Assembly (NCBI GenBank): GCA_028534125.1
Contig: CM052837.1
Span: 37,076,001 to 37,140,000 of the forward strand
Reading direction: 5' to 3'
Length of the DNA stretch: 64,000 nt
From: Lama glama
Taxonomy: Eukaryota
The translations under genes were made by a program, and so were the position numbers. The notes under the pieces are model-generated. The model was given only the letters and a program-made list of their open reading frames with translations, made no database searches and was not told the origin of the DNA. This document shows, in pieces, positions 11,401 through 22,300 of the stretch (position 1 is its first letter; every line of letters begins with the position of its first letter).

Positions 11401-14137
11401 CGTGCGAACTGATCTTGCTGCAAACTGCACATCTAACATCTGGGAGGAAGGGGCCATTTTCAGGCTGTTCACTGACAGCACCAACCCGTAGGGTCTTTCC
11501 ACACGGCTCCCGGGGGATAGCCGGCCCTCTTCTGATATCAGAAAATCACCCACTCTGTCTGGAAGGAACTCCTCTGGAGTAACGAAAGCTCCTGCCTTGT
11601 AAACATAAGGCTAAACATGTAACACTTTTAGGCCCAACACATAAGAGAAATAAGATGGTCAACAAAGTAAGTCCACTAAACTTCCTGGTCACTACCTCCA
11701 GCTGACCGCCCATCACTGAGCAGCCAGTTCTACTGTGCAGCCCTCATCCTGCCCAGGAGGGTGGGTTCTCGGGGCCCCTCTGTACAGGGTCTCTCAGGTC
11801 CCTCAGCTGCTGACTTGCCAAGTGCAGCAAGAAAGAGGAGGGTGAAGAAAAGTTCTAAGACACTTCAGAGAGGGGCAGACTAGCAAGAAAAGAGGCTGAG
11901 TAGCTTTACGCCACAGGAAGAGGCAGAACCTGGTTTGACACTAAAGCAAACATGGACAGTACACTTTAAAAGCAGTAGACACTAGGCTTAAACCTAAATC
12001 CAACCAGCCAAGTGGTCTTAACCAGGGCTATTCAGCCTCCCAGAGACATTTGCCGAGACATCTTTGGTTGTCCCAAAACCAGACCGTGTGATTAGGGGGC
12101 AGGGGAGGGGGTACTAGTGGCATCTCATGAATGAAGGCCAGGGAGGCTGCCAAATATCTGACAATGCACAGCACAGCCCCCAAAACAAAGTCTGTTTCAG
12201 TCCAAAACATCCTTAGTGCCAATGTTGAGAGACCTTGAAATACCTAAGAAAACCAGGTGGCACTGACTTACCCAGGTACCACCCTGAGCTTTACACAAAC
12301 TGTCTAGTCTCAGCCTCCCCAGATCTATCAGGAGCCACTGTGAACTGTCGTACAGAAAAGGAAGCAGGCACAGAGAGGGCAAGCCACTGAGGCAGTGTCA
12401 CACAGTCATCACTGGAGTGAAGAACCCAGGGCCAGAGTCTCGCTCGAGAGTCCTGCTCCTTCCCATTGTCCAGAGCTAACACAAAGTCACCGGACAACTT
12501 CAGAAAACCATGCACACCTCCACTCTGTCAAACGCAGTGTATCACTACCCGCCAATGCTGAGGCCAACTACAACTTCGGTCGAATGCCAGCCTCAGTAGG
12601 ACGTCGTTTACAGCATTTTATACTCCGCTTCTTTGCTGTTTAGGATAATAAAAGTCAGATTTACGGTATTAAACTTGCGTCACAAAACTAATGGAAAAAT
12701 ACACGTTAAGAAAGATAAACTCACCTGGTTTGACTGTCCAGAAAGGTAGGGCTCAAAGTCACTGTCATGAACTGTGTCCTTCTGATGCAAAGAACCATTT
12801 TGTACTAGAACGAGAGATTGCAAAATGCTACATTTAAATTTCAAAAAGTTACTTTTAAGCATGAAAATTAAAGGTAATAAGGCTTATCTCCATCCATTCC
12901 TAGTAGTCGTTGCTTCTACTTAAAAACAGTCATTACAAAACTGGTACTTACACAACTAATTACAAAGATGATGCACAACTTTCAATAACTTAAGCTACCT
13001 TTCTGACAAAAATTAACTGCGATTTGGTAAACGCTGACAAGACAGAGGTGCAGACAAAATAACGTGAGGCACTCGTAGCCAGGTTTTGGTAAAGATGATG
13101 TGGTCTGAGACCCACGCGTACCACACAGAGAACAGCGCTTCCCAAAGCCTAGCTGTTCCTGCGAGGAGAGGAGACCAGGAAACGCAGGGCAGCGTGGCTG
13201 GGAAGAGAGTGGGACAGAACAAGGCGTTGGTGAACGCGTTGTTATCTGCCCTGTTCTCTTCCTCTGTCACTGTGCCCAGCCAGGAAAGGAAGGGGGAGGT
13301 AAGGAAGTGCTGGGCCTTCTCCAATCTTAAAACACGATGAACCGTATCTGCTTACACCCGAGTCACTCACTCTCTCACTCTCTCTCTCACTCACACACAC
13401 ACACGTTAAAAACAATCTTCTGAGTAAACACAAAGCAGAGTCACTAGTTCTCACAAGAATGAGTCCTGGGGGTCTGCCTCAAGACAGATCACAAGGGCTC
13501 CAGCTATGAGAGTAAGAGCTAGCTTACAGGGCCAAGGGCTGGCAAGTCACCCAGAGTCAGCCCCACACCTGGGGCACAGACAGGCAAGGCCCTGGCCAGG
13601 GTCCCCTCCCCCATTCAAATCAAGCATCTCGCGGTAGGATAGGAAGATGGAATTCTCGAACCACCTGTTTATTCATCTCTTGAAAAGTCTATTTTAAACC
13701 CGTTAAATCTCCCAAGTATCCTAACCTAAAGTTGCATTTCCCTGAACCTGCGCGAGGAAAACTTGGCGGTTCTGGGCGCCTCTCCCGGGCCCTGCTCTTC
13801 CTCCGCACGGAGCGCCCGATTCTCAACAAGCCCCGCTTCCCGCTCCGCCCTGGGGCCCGCACGGCCCGTCCCGGCTCCGCTCACCTTTATTATCTTGTCC
13901 TTTTGTTCGCTGCTTCCCCGCAGGCCCGGACGTGCGAGTGGACAAAAGCCGGGAAAAGGAAACACAAAGTTATTCACGAGAAACCCTCCCAGGCAGGCAG
14001 CGCGCTCCGGCCCGAAGGGCCCGCGGTCACAGGCGACGCCGGCCCGGTCCCTGGCCCCGCGACCCTGGCTCCCGGCTTCCGGCCCCCGGGCCCGCGACCC
14101 CGGCCGCTACCTGGGGGTCCACGCTGGTGGCCGACAT
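2393..14137 (-). CDS. YTHDF1: YTH N6-methyladenosine RNA-binding protein F1, whole spliced CDS: complement(join 14111-14137, 13885-13909, 12725-12804, 4539-6053, 2393-2419), 557 aa
   Basis: Spliced product [50 protein letters not shown]...YTH domain ([25 protein letters not shown]...[10 protein letters not shown])...[12 protein letters not shown]. All introns are GT-AG, phases are consistent, and the aromatic-cage tryptophans are present. Confidence 0.98.
4539..6053 (-). CDS. YTHDF1: YTHDF1 exon 4 (1515 nt; P/Q/G low-complexity region plus YTH domain)
   Basis: tctgcag|AGT ... AAG|gtgggt; core of ORF 4299..6065. Confidence 0.98.
12011..12237. mobile_element. MER20-like hAT-Charlie DNA transposon fossil
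   Basis: agtggttcttaaccagggc...gagacatctttggttgtc...ctagtggcatct...ggccagggaggctgccaaatatctgacaatgcacag...gttgagagacctt resembles the MER20 consensus as recalled. Confidence 0.8.
12725..12804 (-). CDS. YTHDF1: YTHDF1 exon 3 (80 nt, [27 protein letters not shown])
   Basis: ttctag|TA ... CAG|gtgagt; peptide visible in ORF 12680..12862. Confidence 0.96.
13363..13403. repeat. (CT/CA)n compound microsatellite, YTHDF1 intron 2
   Basis: tcactcactctctcactctctctctcactcacacacacacac. Confidence 0.8.
13885..13909 (-). CDS. YTHDF1: YTHDF1 exon 2 (25 nt, RTKGQDNK)
   Basis: Acceptor gaagcag|CGA, donor G|gtgagc. Confidence 0.93.
14111..14137 (-). CDS. YTHDF1: YTHDF1 coding exon 1 (MSATSVDPQ)
   Basis: ATG at 14137, 27 nt, donor gtagcg, inside CpG island. 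Confidence 0.95.
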
Positions 14138-14359
14138 GCTTCATGAACAGCGCGGCGCGGGGCCCGGGCGCCCGCCGGCTTGGGCCTCCCCGCGAGGCCG
14201 GGTCTGTCACCCGCGCTCTCGCGGCCCCGGGCCCGCCGCCTCCTCCCCGGGCGCCGGCCGGCCGGGCGGCGGCGGCGGCTGCTGGGCGCACGGGCCGCGA
14301 GCGGGCCGGGCGCAGGGCGGCGAGCAGGACCGGACGCACTGACCAGGTGCTGATTCCAA

Positions 14360-14360
<1 letters not shown>

Positions 14361-14432
<72 letters not shown>
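14361..14432. repeat. Pure (GGC)24 / (GCC)24 trinucleotide repeat in the YTHDF1 5' leader
   Basis: 72 nt uninterrupted, followed by agc agc ggc gac gac. Confidence 0.97.
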
Positions 14433-14436
<4 letters not shown>

Positions 14437-15374
14437 GCGGCGACGACCGGAACGAGGCTGCGCGACGTCAGCACGCGCGGGGCAGGCCGGGAGGCCGACC
14501 TGCTGCCACGCGCCGCGCCTGCGCAGCGCCTTCCGGCGGGACGGATCTCGCGCCCGGGTCCCAGTCTCGCGCGGCGGCTCAGGGGCGGGGCGAGCCCCGG
14601 AAGTCACGTGGACGTGTCCAATGGCGCTGCGGGGGCCGCGACTCAGGTGGGCACCTACTGGGCCTCGGGCGCGCAGCCGCAGCGTGGGCCGTGGTGCTGC
14701 AGAGTCTCGGCGCGTGCAGCCGCTGGCTGGCTCGGGTAGTGGGCCCGATGGCACCCCTGCGCTGGTCCCCGGGACCGGGAGAAGCGAAGCCGGCAAGTGC
14801 AGCCACCCCGAAAGCCACTTACAGCAGGCTGCGGTCCACTGTACCCTGCTGCTCGCCCCAAACGCCCCGCCGGCATCCCTCGGAGGGGCGCCCAGGCGCC
14901 GAGCTTTGCTGTCCTCGGGGCGGCTCCTTGGCTTCTGCAGCAGCTGTCCCGGTAGAGCCCTGGGCTCGGGCCTCCCTGAAGGTCGGCTTTGCAAGCACTC
15001 TTGGATCTACAAGGGGCTCCCCAGTTTATAACTAGCTTGCATTTAGATTCTTAACTCCGGGTTTCACCACGGGAAGGAAAAGAGAGTTCAGCTCTGCATG
15101 GCGCCCTTTTGGGTCTTTTGGTCTCTGTTCAGGGGTGGACAGCCCCTTCTTGTCTCCAGCTTCCTGAAGGGAGCCCAGTTCCCACTTCCTACTCACTTCC
15201 ATGCCATTCCAGCCTGGATGTCCCTCCTGGCTCTGGGGCCCCTGTGACTACTTCCCAGCATGGCTTCCAAGTGGGTCTTTTCTTCTTTTCCAGCTCTGGC
15301 AGGTGTACCACCCTCACAAGGCCCAGGTCTGTGTTCTGTCCTTGTCCTGCTGAAGGTAAGAGGCCTGGAATGCT

Positions 15375-15610
15375 GGCTCTCTCTGTTTCTGGTGGCCCCA
15401 GATGTCCTTGGTGCTCTGTCTCCATCATCACATGGTTTTCTCACTGTGTTGTATATTGACTCTTCCTCTTCTTATAAGGACATATGTCATTGGATTTAGG
15501 GCCACCCTACTTCAGTATGAGCTCATCTTAACTTCATTCTGTCTGCAGCGACCCTGTTTTCAAATAAGATCACATTCCCAGGTAACAGAGGGACACTATT
15601 CAGCCAGTAT
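15375..15610 (-). mobile_element. MLT1 (MaLR) LTR fragment
   Basis: ctcttcttataaggacat...cattggatttagggccaccct...ctcatcttaact...ctgcagcgaccctgttttcaaataagatcacattc is typical MLT1A-D sequence. Confidence 0.75.
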
Positions 15611-18380
15611 AGGGATCACAGGTGATGTCCACTGAAAAAGTTGGAGGTGAGCTATAGGGCTGAGCAGTGAAAGGAGTAGCCCCCAAAACTGAGGCCTGAG
15701 GAGGTGTGGTCAGACCAGCCTGCTGGCCAGGGAAGGGGCAGATCTGATAGCCACCACCTCCCCACTACCCTCCAGGCTGCCACCCTGCCAGCTGGGAAAT
15801 CTGGCAGTGTCCCTCACTGATCTCAGTGAAGGGGGAGAATGAGGGTCGCCCAGGGCAGGGGGCAGCGTGGCCCCAGCTGGCAGGAAACATGGGACCCCAA
15901 AAGCCCTATGTAGGGACTATGTGAGCCCAGCACTGGTGGCTGAGGCCCTCAGACCAGCCTCAGGGGAAGCCTTTTCCTCTGCCAGGCATGAGGACACAGG
16001 AAGTTGGTGTCAAGGAGTCTAAAGCTGAGCTTCCTGTAACTGCAGAGGACCACTACCATGGTCCAGCTGTGAAGAAGGTGAGAGAAAACTGTTCCAGTCT
16101 CACCTTTCCAGCCCAGCTTCTCTGGGACAGGGAGGCCCGGGTCCAGCAAGCTGGGGACAGAGTAGTTCCTGGCACAGGGAGGGGTGGTAGGGGCCTCAAA
16201 TGACACTGACCAGCTCAGGCTTTGGAACAGCACAAGAACCTCTGGGGCAAAGATGGCCCAGCCCCAGGGTCTGTGCTAGGACCCATGGGCTCTCCCACTG
16301 TCTAGAACCCTCTGCTCCTGCCCTCCCCACCTAACCCTTGGCCATCCTCCAGCTTCCGGGAGGAGCTGAGTCCATGCAGGCACGGGGTACAGAGGTCTCC
16401 TCCCCTGCAGGTCCAATGGCAGGGAGAACCCACCCCATCCTGGACCCTCCACCTTCAGACACCCCCTGTCTGCCGGACCCAGCTGGTATGGGATTGTCTA
16501 AACATTGCCAGCATTGATTTAAAGAGATTTGATTTTCTACTTATTTCAAAGGCATATGGGCATGTGGTTAAAAACCTTGTCTTTGTATTCAAAAGTACAG
16601 GGTGGAAGACAGAAGGTCTCTTGCAGCCTGTTCAGGTTCCATTGTACAGCTGTGCAAGGACCCCTGGAGGGAGGCTCCTGCAGGGGGGTCCCTGGGTCAG
16701 AAGGCACTCACATTGGCCACCTGCATGTTGTTAGATCTGGCAGGTTGCCCCCAAGAGAGGTTGTGCCGATTCCCCAGCGGGGAGCTGGGGGTGGGGCCTA
16801 AGGGGTGGTGGCCCTGGCCATGGGTCCCTCAATGGCTGGCTTCTAGGGGCCTGCAGATGAAGACACCCTTCCACCTCGCACCTCAGCTAGCACCTCCTGA
16901 CTGGCTCCAGGGTCCCCCTGACCTGCCCTAGACAGCCTTGCACCTCCCTGTGCCTCTAGTCCCCTTGAGGACCAACCAGACAAGCCTCCACTACTGCTGT
17001 TCCCTCTGCTTGTGACACTCTTCCCTGCCCTCTGCACAGCACACTCAGCTGCTTCTTCATTTCTTCTCCCATGAGAGTGGTCTGCCCTACCCTCCCATGG
17101 CTCCTCTGTACCTCATGCCCACCCTGGGGACGCTTGGGGCCCAGCCAGGTCATCAATTGTCTGCAAGAGCTCTGCTCGACCCATGCCTGAGACCTCCTGC
17201 CCCAAAGAGGGCCTCCTTGTGAGCTTGAAAATCTACAGAGTGTGAAGGAGAGAGGGAGAGGCAGAAAGACAGAGGTTTTGAGCCTCTGTAATCTGTTCAC
17301 CACCCCCACCCCCAAACTCAGCCCACATGGAGTTGGGGTAGGCAGTACCCATTTACCCTTGCAGCCTATCAGTTCAGCTTTCCCTGGAGGCCTGCTACCT
17401 GCTGACCATGGTTAGCAAGCTCCCTGATCCAGCCCTTCCTGAAGCTGAACCCAGCAATCCCCTGGAGCCCTGGGCTGGGATCTGGGGCTGGAGATGGGAC
17501 CTCTTATGTCTCCAGATGAGGTGGTCTGTCCCGTCAGTGAACATTCCAGGCTCTGCAGGACTGAGACAAGAAGGCCACCGTTCAGCCTTCCCTCCTCCAA
17601 CGTCAAGCCCCATGTCATGTCTTCCACCCACCCCCAGCCTCCCAGCTCTGCCTCAAGGGGCGCCTGGGCTTGGAGAAGGGCAGGAAGGAGCCAGGCTCAG
17701 CTGTGCTGAATCATCTGCAGGGACAAGCCGATCTTCCTGCCCAGGCCTGGGGCCACGCATGCCCAGGAAATCGTCTGATTTAATAAGCCCCGGTGATGTG
17801 GACTGGGCTGGGAAGACAGCCCTGAAGCTGTGGTCCGGATGGCTGCATGCAGGCCCATAGCTGGGTTAAGGTCTGGAGGTCCAGCCTCAGCCCTTGGGTG
17901 GGAGGAGCCCAGGATTGGATCTGCCCTGGCTCTCACTCTCCCCAGGCGCCCTCTGGTGGCCCCTTGTGGCTCTACCCGTGACTCTTCAGCCCGCTGGCCA
18001 CTTGCCCAGAGCCAGGGAACCGGGCCCAGTGGGTAGGGGTGCACAGGCTCTGAGGCCCCCAGCAGGGGAGCCCATGGCAAGAACCCCTCTGGAACACACC
18101 CAGCATCGGCACGTTGCCCACGGCCTCCTGCTGCTTCCTGCAGTGACCCCCAAATAAAGTTCTTACACCCTGGCCTTGATTTCAGGGTCTGCTCTGGAGA
18201 GCTCTACTCAGAGTGGAGATGGGGCAGTGCAGAGCATCCTTCTCTAAGGGGGAGTAAAATAAAACCCATCCTTCCCCCTTCCTCCACCCCTCTCGCTCGA
18301 TTTCCACCAAACGTTATGACACTCTGGCCCAGGCTCTCAGGACCCCACAGAGAACCACAGCAGACATGGCTCCCACCGCC

Positions 18381-18755
18381 CACGTGACCGCCTTGGCTGC
18401 CCTGTGTCGTCCCTGTAGAGGAGGCTGCCCTCCCCTCCTGGGCGGCACTGACTGCCTGGCTCAGGCGACCTGGAACCTTCTGCTTTCAGAGGCCCCCTGG
18501 CGCCTGGCCCAGGAACTCAGAGCTGACCGACAGCAAAGCCCACCCCTCCTCCCCTCCCCTCCCCGGAGGTCCCAGAGCCAGGACCAGCCCTCTGCTGCCT
18601 CGGGAGGGGTCTTTGTGCTCCGACCCCTCCCCTTGTACCAAGACACCACCTTCCCCTGAAGAGTGGAGTGAGGGCTGCAGCCCCGACAGCGGCCCCACCC
18701 GCTGAGGCCCCTGCCCAGGAGCCTCATGACACCTCCCATTGCAGGGAGCATGTGA
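18381..18755 (+). promoter_or_regulatory. BIRC7 upstream E-boxes (candidate MITF/TFE sites): CACGTGA 18381-18387 and CATGTGA 18749-18755
   Basis: Motifs are seen directly. BIRC7 is an established MITF target in human; function here is inferred. Confidence 0.45.
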
Positions 18756-19019
18756 CACGGGCTGTCACACTGGACCCTTCCAGAAGGTGGTAGGCCCCAG
18801 GGGCCCTCCCAGCCCCTGGCTTCTCCCCGACCTGGGGCACCTGGTGGACAGGACCGTGCCTGCCCCATTGCCCAGCTGTTGGAGGCAAAGGCCACGGCTG
18901 TTTACGGGCAGGGCCCAGCGATCAGGAGCCCCGAGGCGGGCTGGCTGGGCACATTCCAGGACTGGCTGTCCAGGGGCCCCATCGCTGCTGCAGAACTGGT
19001 CAAGACTGCTGTTTTCTCC

Positions 19020-19347
19020 ATGGGGCTGGAAAACAGGGGCAAATGTCAGTACTGTGGCCCGGAGCCGAGCCACTGGGTAGCTGGCGGCAGCCCTACTGGG
19101 GGACACCGTGAGCCCCACTTTCGGTGCGGCCACACCCAGCGCCAGGACCACACGGATGGGCAGATCTTGAGCCAGCTGCGTCCCCTGGCAGAGGAGGAGG
19201 AGGAAGAGGGGCCTGGGGTCTTATCTGCCAGGCCCGCCTTCCCCGGGATGGGCTCCGAGGAGCTGCGGCTGGCCTCCTTCTATGACTGGCCGCTGACCAG
19301 CGTGGTACAGCCCGAGCTGCTGGCTGCCGCCGGCTTCTTCCACACGG
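19020..19347 (+). CDS. BIRC7: BIRC7 exon 1 (N-terminus, poly-E, first half of BIR)
   Basis: ccATGG at 19020; donor G|gtgagt. Confidence 0.95.
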
Positions 19348-22300
19348 GTGAGTCCTGAGGGCCTGGGGCCATCCAGGACCCTCCTGGGCTGGGGCCCCAC
19401 CTTCTCCACGGAGCCCCTCCCCCATGGCAGGGAGGTGCTGGCCTGATGCAGAGGGCCACAGGGCCCTTCTACACCTGTCCCCGGCCCTAGGGTCTCTCCT
19501 GGGCTCGTGCTTCAGATTAAGTGCACCCGGGGAGGGGCCAGAACAGCACAGGTGCACCCTGGTGTCAGGGGTCAGTGGTGGGACAGTGGGGGCCGAAGGA
19601 GAAGCAGGAGGTGGGGGGCATCCGCAGGGCCCCTGGGGGCCACGGACAGGCTCTAGGAGGATGAGTCTGTTGACAGCATGGGGTGAGACAGAGGTGAGGG
19701 CTGCAGGGGCAGAGATGCGGGGTCCCCACCCCCGGGTGGTGTCAGCCTCTAAAACCAAGCCTGGCAGCAAACAGTCCCTTCTTGTGGTCACTGGGAATCC
19801 ATCCTGAGGAGGTGATGCCTAGGGTGGAGGTGTGGGGGGCAGTTCTGTCTCCGAAGCTCTGCAGTGACACGGGATGTTCTGGCTGGGCGGCCCGTCCCTC
19901 AGCCTCTCTGTGAACAGCACAGACACCGAGCAGTTGCATTCCCTTCCCGAACATTCACCGAACATTTGCCTCGATTCTGGCAAGCGCCCCAGCCACTGTT
20001 ACCCCCATTCCCCCTGCGATAAAACAGGCACGAGTGAATCCCAAGGAGAATGCAGGGCAAGGGGGTGGCAGAGGCCAGTGGGAGCCCCCAACCCCAGCCT
20101 TGGGGGACACTCCCGGCCATGTGAGGGGCCAGCGTCTCTGCTCTACCCCAGGCCAGCAGGACAAGGTTCGCTGCTTCTTCTGCTACGGAGGTCTGCAGAG
20201 CTGGGAACGAGGAGATGACCCCTGGACGGAGCACGCCCGGTGGTTCCCCAAGTACTGGCTCTGTGGGGGGGTCCCGGGGCTGGGCGTGCACCAGCCTCCC
20301 CTGCCGTGTCCCGGGGTGTAGGGTCTCAGGGACGGGGCCCCATCCAGATGGCACTTGCGCTGTTTCTTCCTTGATGCTCAACAGACCCTGACGCAGCTGC
20401 CCCAAGTGCCTCCTGCGGGGCGTCTGGGGGAGTGGTAGATGATGGCGCCATCCCCGCCAGGGGGTCTGCAGGGCTTGCCCTGGACCTGGTGGGGGTGGCT
20501 CTCTGACAGGGCAGGCCCACTGCCCACGGGGCTCCTGACCTGCTCCCTCAGGTGTGAATTCCTGCTCCGGACAAAAGGAAGGGACTTCGTCTGCAGCGTC
20601 CAGGAGTCTTGTCGCCCGCCAGGCTCCTGGGTGAGTTCTGCCTGTCCTTAGGGCTTTGGGGGGCAGGCGGAAAGGGTCCCTCCCACCCTGCTCCACAAAT
20701 GTTCTCTGGTCCTTCCAGGACCGATCAGAGGAGCCAGAAGACACAGGTCCAGCCGCCCCCTCAGGTGAGCCAGGGTGCGCGGCCTGGGCTCTGCTCCCTT
20801 GGGCACCTCCAGCCTGCACTGTGGCTGGGGCTGTCGGGTACCCCCTAGCCTCCGCAGGACAGCCGAGAGTGAAGGGGTCTGAGCTGGCTTCATGGGGGGC
20901 TCCACAGACACCATGTGTGCGTCCAGGACTCCAGTGAAGCCAAAGCCATCCCCTGAGACCACAGAGCTGGCCACCGTGGGCACGGCCATTCCCAAAGGTG
21001 GCCACGGGGGCGTGGAGAGGGGCGGCCTTTGCCAGTGTGTCTGCCAGTCACCCCTCAAGAGCTCACTTGGCCAGAGTCACCAGCACACAGAGGAGCCGCC
21101 GTGCTGAGCTCTGCTTTCCATGTGGTGCCCAGGACCCAGTGGGGTAGGGTCTGAGGGGCTCCAGGGTTCAGGTCCGGTGCTTCCACCCAGCCCTGTAACA
21201 CATGATTTTGTTCTCTGAGCCTCAGTGCTCTGAGCTGTGAAATGGGATGGAGCCGACCTCATTTGGGATTAAACGGGGTCCAGTGATGCCCTGGGAGCAG
21301 CACCTGGTGTGTCGCAGGACTGTCTGTGGCCGCTTTGGTCTCAGGCCTGTCACCTTCCCTGTGTGGGGGCACCTCTGATCCAGGCGCTGGGAACACAGCC
21401 CTGACTTGGGCATGGCTGGAGCAGCCGTGATGGCCACAGGGGCCCTCACGTGGAGGTGACCCTGGTGACAGGTCAGAGTGGCAGGCCACTGCCTCTTTCC
21501 CAGGACCCCAAGGCCCTGGGCCCTGCCTGCCCTGGGTCCAGCACCCCTCATCCTACCTTGCAGATGCCGGGGACAGCCAGGAGTGGCCCGCATGGAGTCA
21601 GTGCCCCGCCGTGCAGGCCGTGCTTGGGATGGGCTTCGGGCAGGGCCAAGTGTGGCAGCTGCTGCAGCGCAGGTACCGCCGGGCGGTGCCGACCAGCGTG
21701 TCCGTGTCCCAGCTGGTGGCCGACCTGCTCCAGGAGGAGGACAGGGGCCGGGCTGTGGGGGCCAGAGGTACCTCCGCCTCTCTGGACACTGCCCCCACCT
21801 CTCCTGCCTCACTGCTGCTGGGCACAGCCCTGCCTCACTGCTCCCACAGCGCCCGGCACTCAGTGTCCATGGCACCACATGAGGCGCTGCACAGGCAGAG
21901 TGCCCCGGTGTGGAGGGGGAGCCGGGATTCTGGCGCGCTGGGAGGGGCGGGGGGCAGATGTAGGGGCAGGGGCTGTACTGCCAGTCAGAACTGGACCTCG
22001 CCTGCTGCCGGCTGTCTCTGGGCCAGGCCTCACCTCCCTGGGGACCTGGGCCTTAAGGCTCTTCTAACTGCCCACAGCTCCTGTCCACCTGGGGCCTGAG
22101 CTGCCCGTGCCCAGAAGAGAGGCCCCGTTGGAAGGAGCCAGGGAGCCAGGTGGAGGGGGCGCCTAGGGTGGGAGTGGGGCCGGGCCTTCTGCCTCCTGCG
22201 GTGGGGGCGGCCACTCCTGGTCTGGCCCGCCTCCCACACCTGCCAGCACAGAGGGCTGAGGTCAGGGTATGGGGATGGTGTCACAGGTCGCCCTTGTGGA

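Larger units (their letters stand above)
13750..14950. promoter_or_regulatory. YTHDF1 CpG-island promoter
   Basis: Dense CpG. Motifs: GACGTCA (CRE-like) 14464-14470, GCGCCTGCGCA (NRF1) 14515-14525, GGGGCGGGG (Sp1) 14582-14590, CCGGAAGT (ETS) 14597-14604 abutting CACGTG (E-box) 14605-14610, CCAAT 14618-14622. Confidence 0.85.

Noticed and set aside
14107-14994. Poly-Arg 295-aa ORF and other long ORFs over the CpG island
   Set aside because: Products of the CCG repeat and of stop-codon scarcity in GC-rich DNA; no recognisable domain.
19899-21005. 368-aa minus-strand ORF
   Set aside because: Antisense to BIRC7 exons 2-4, low-complexity G/P/R composition, no homology recognised.
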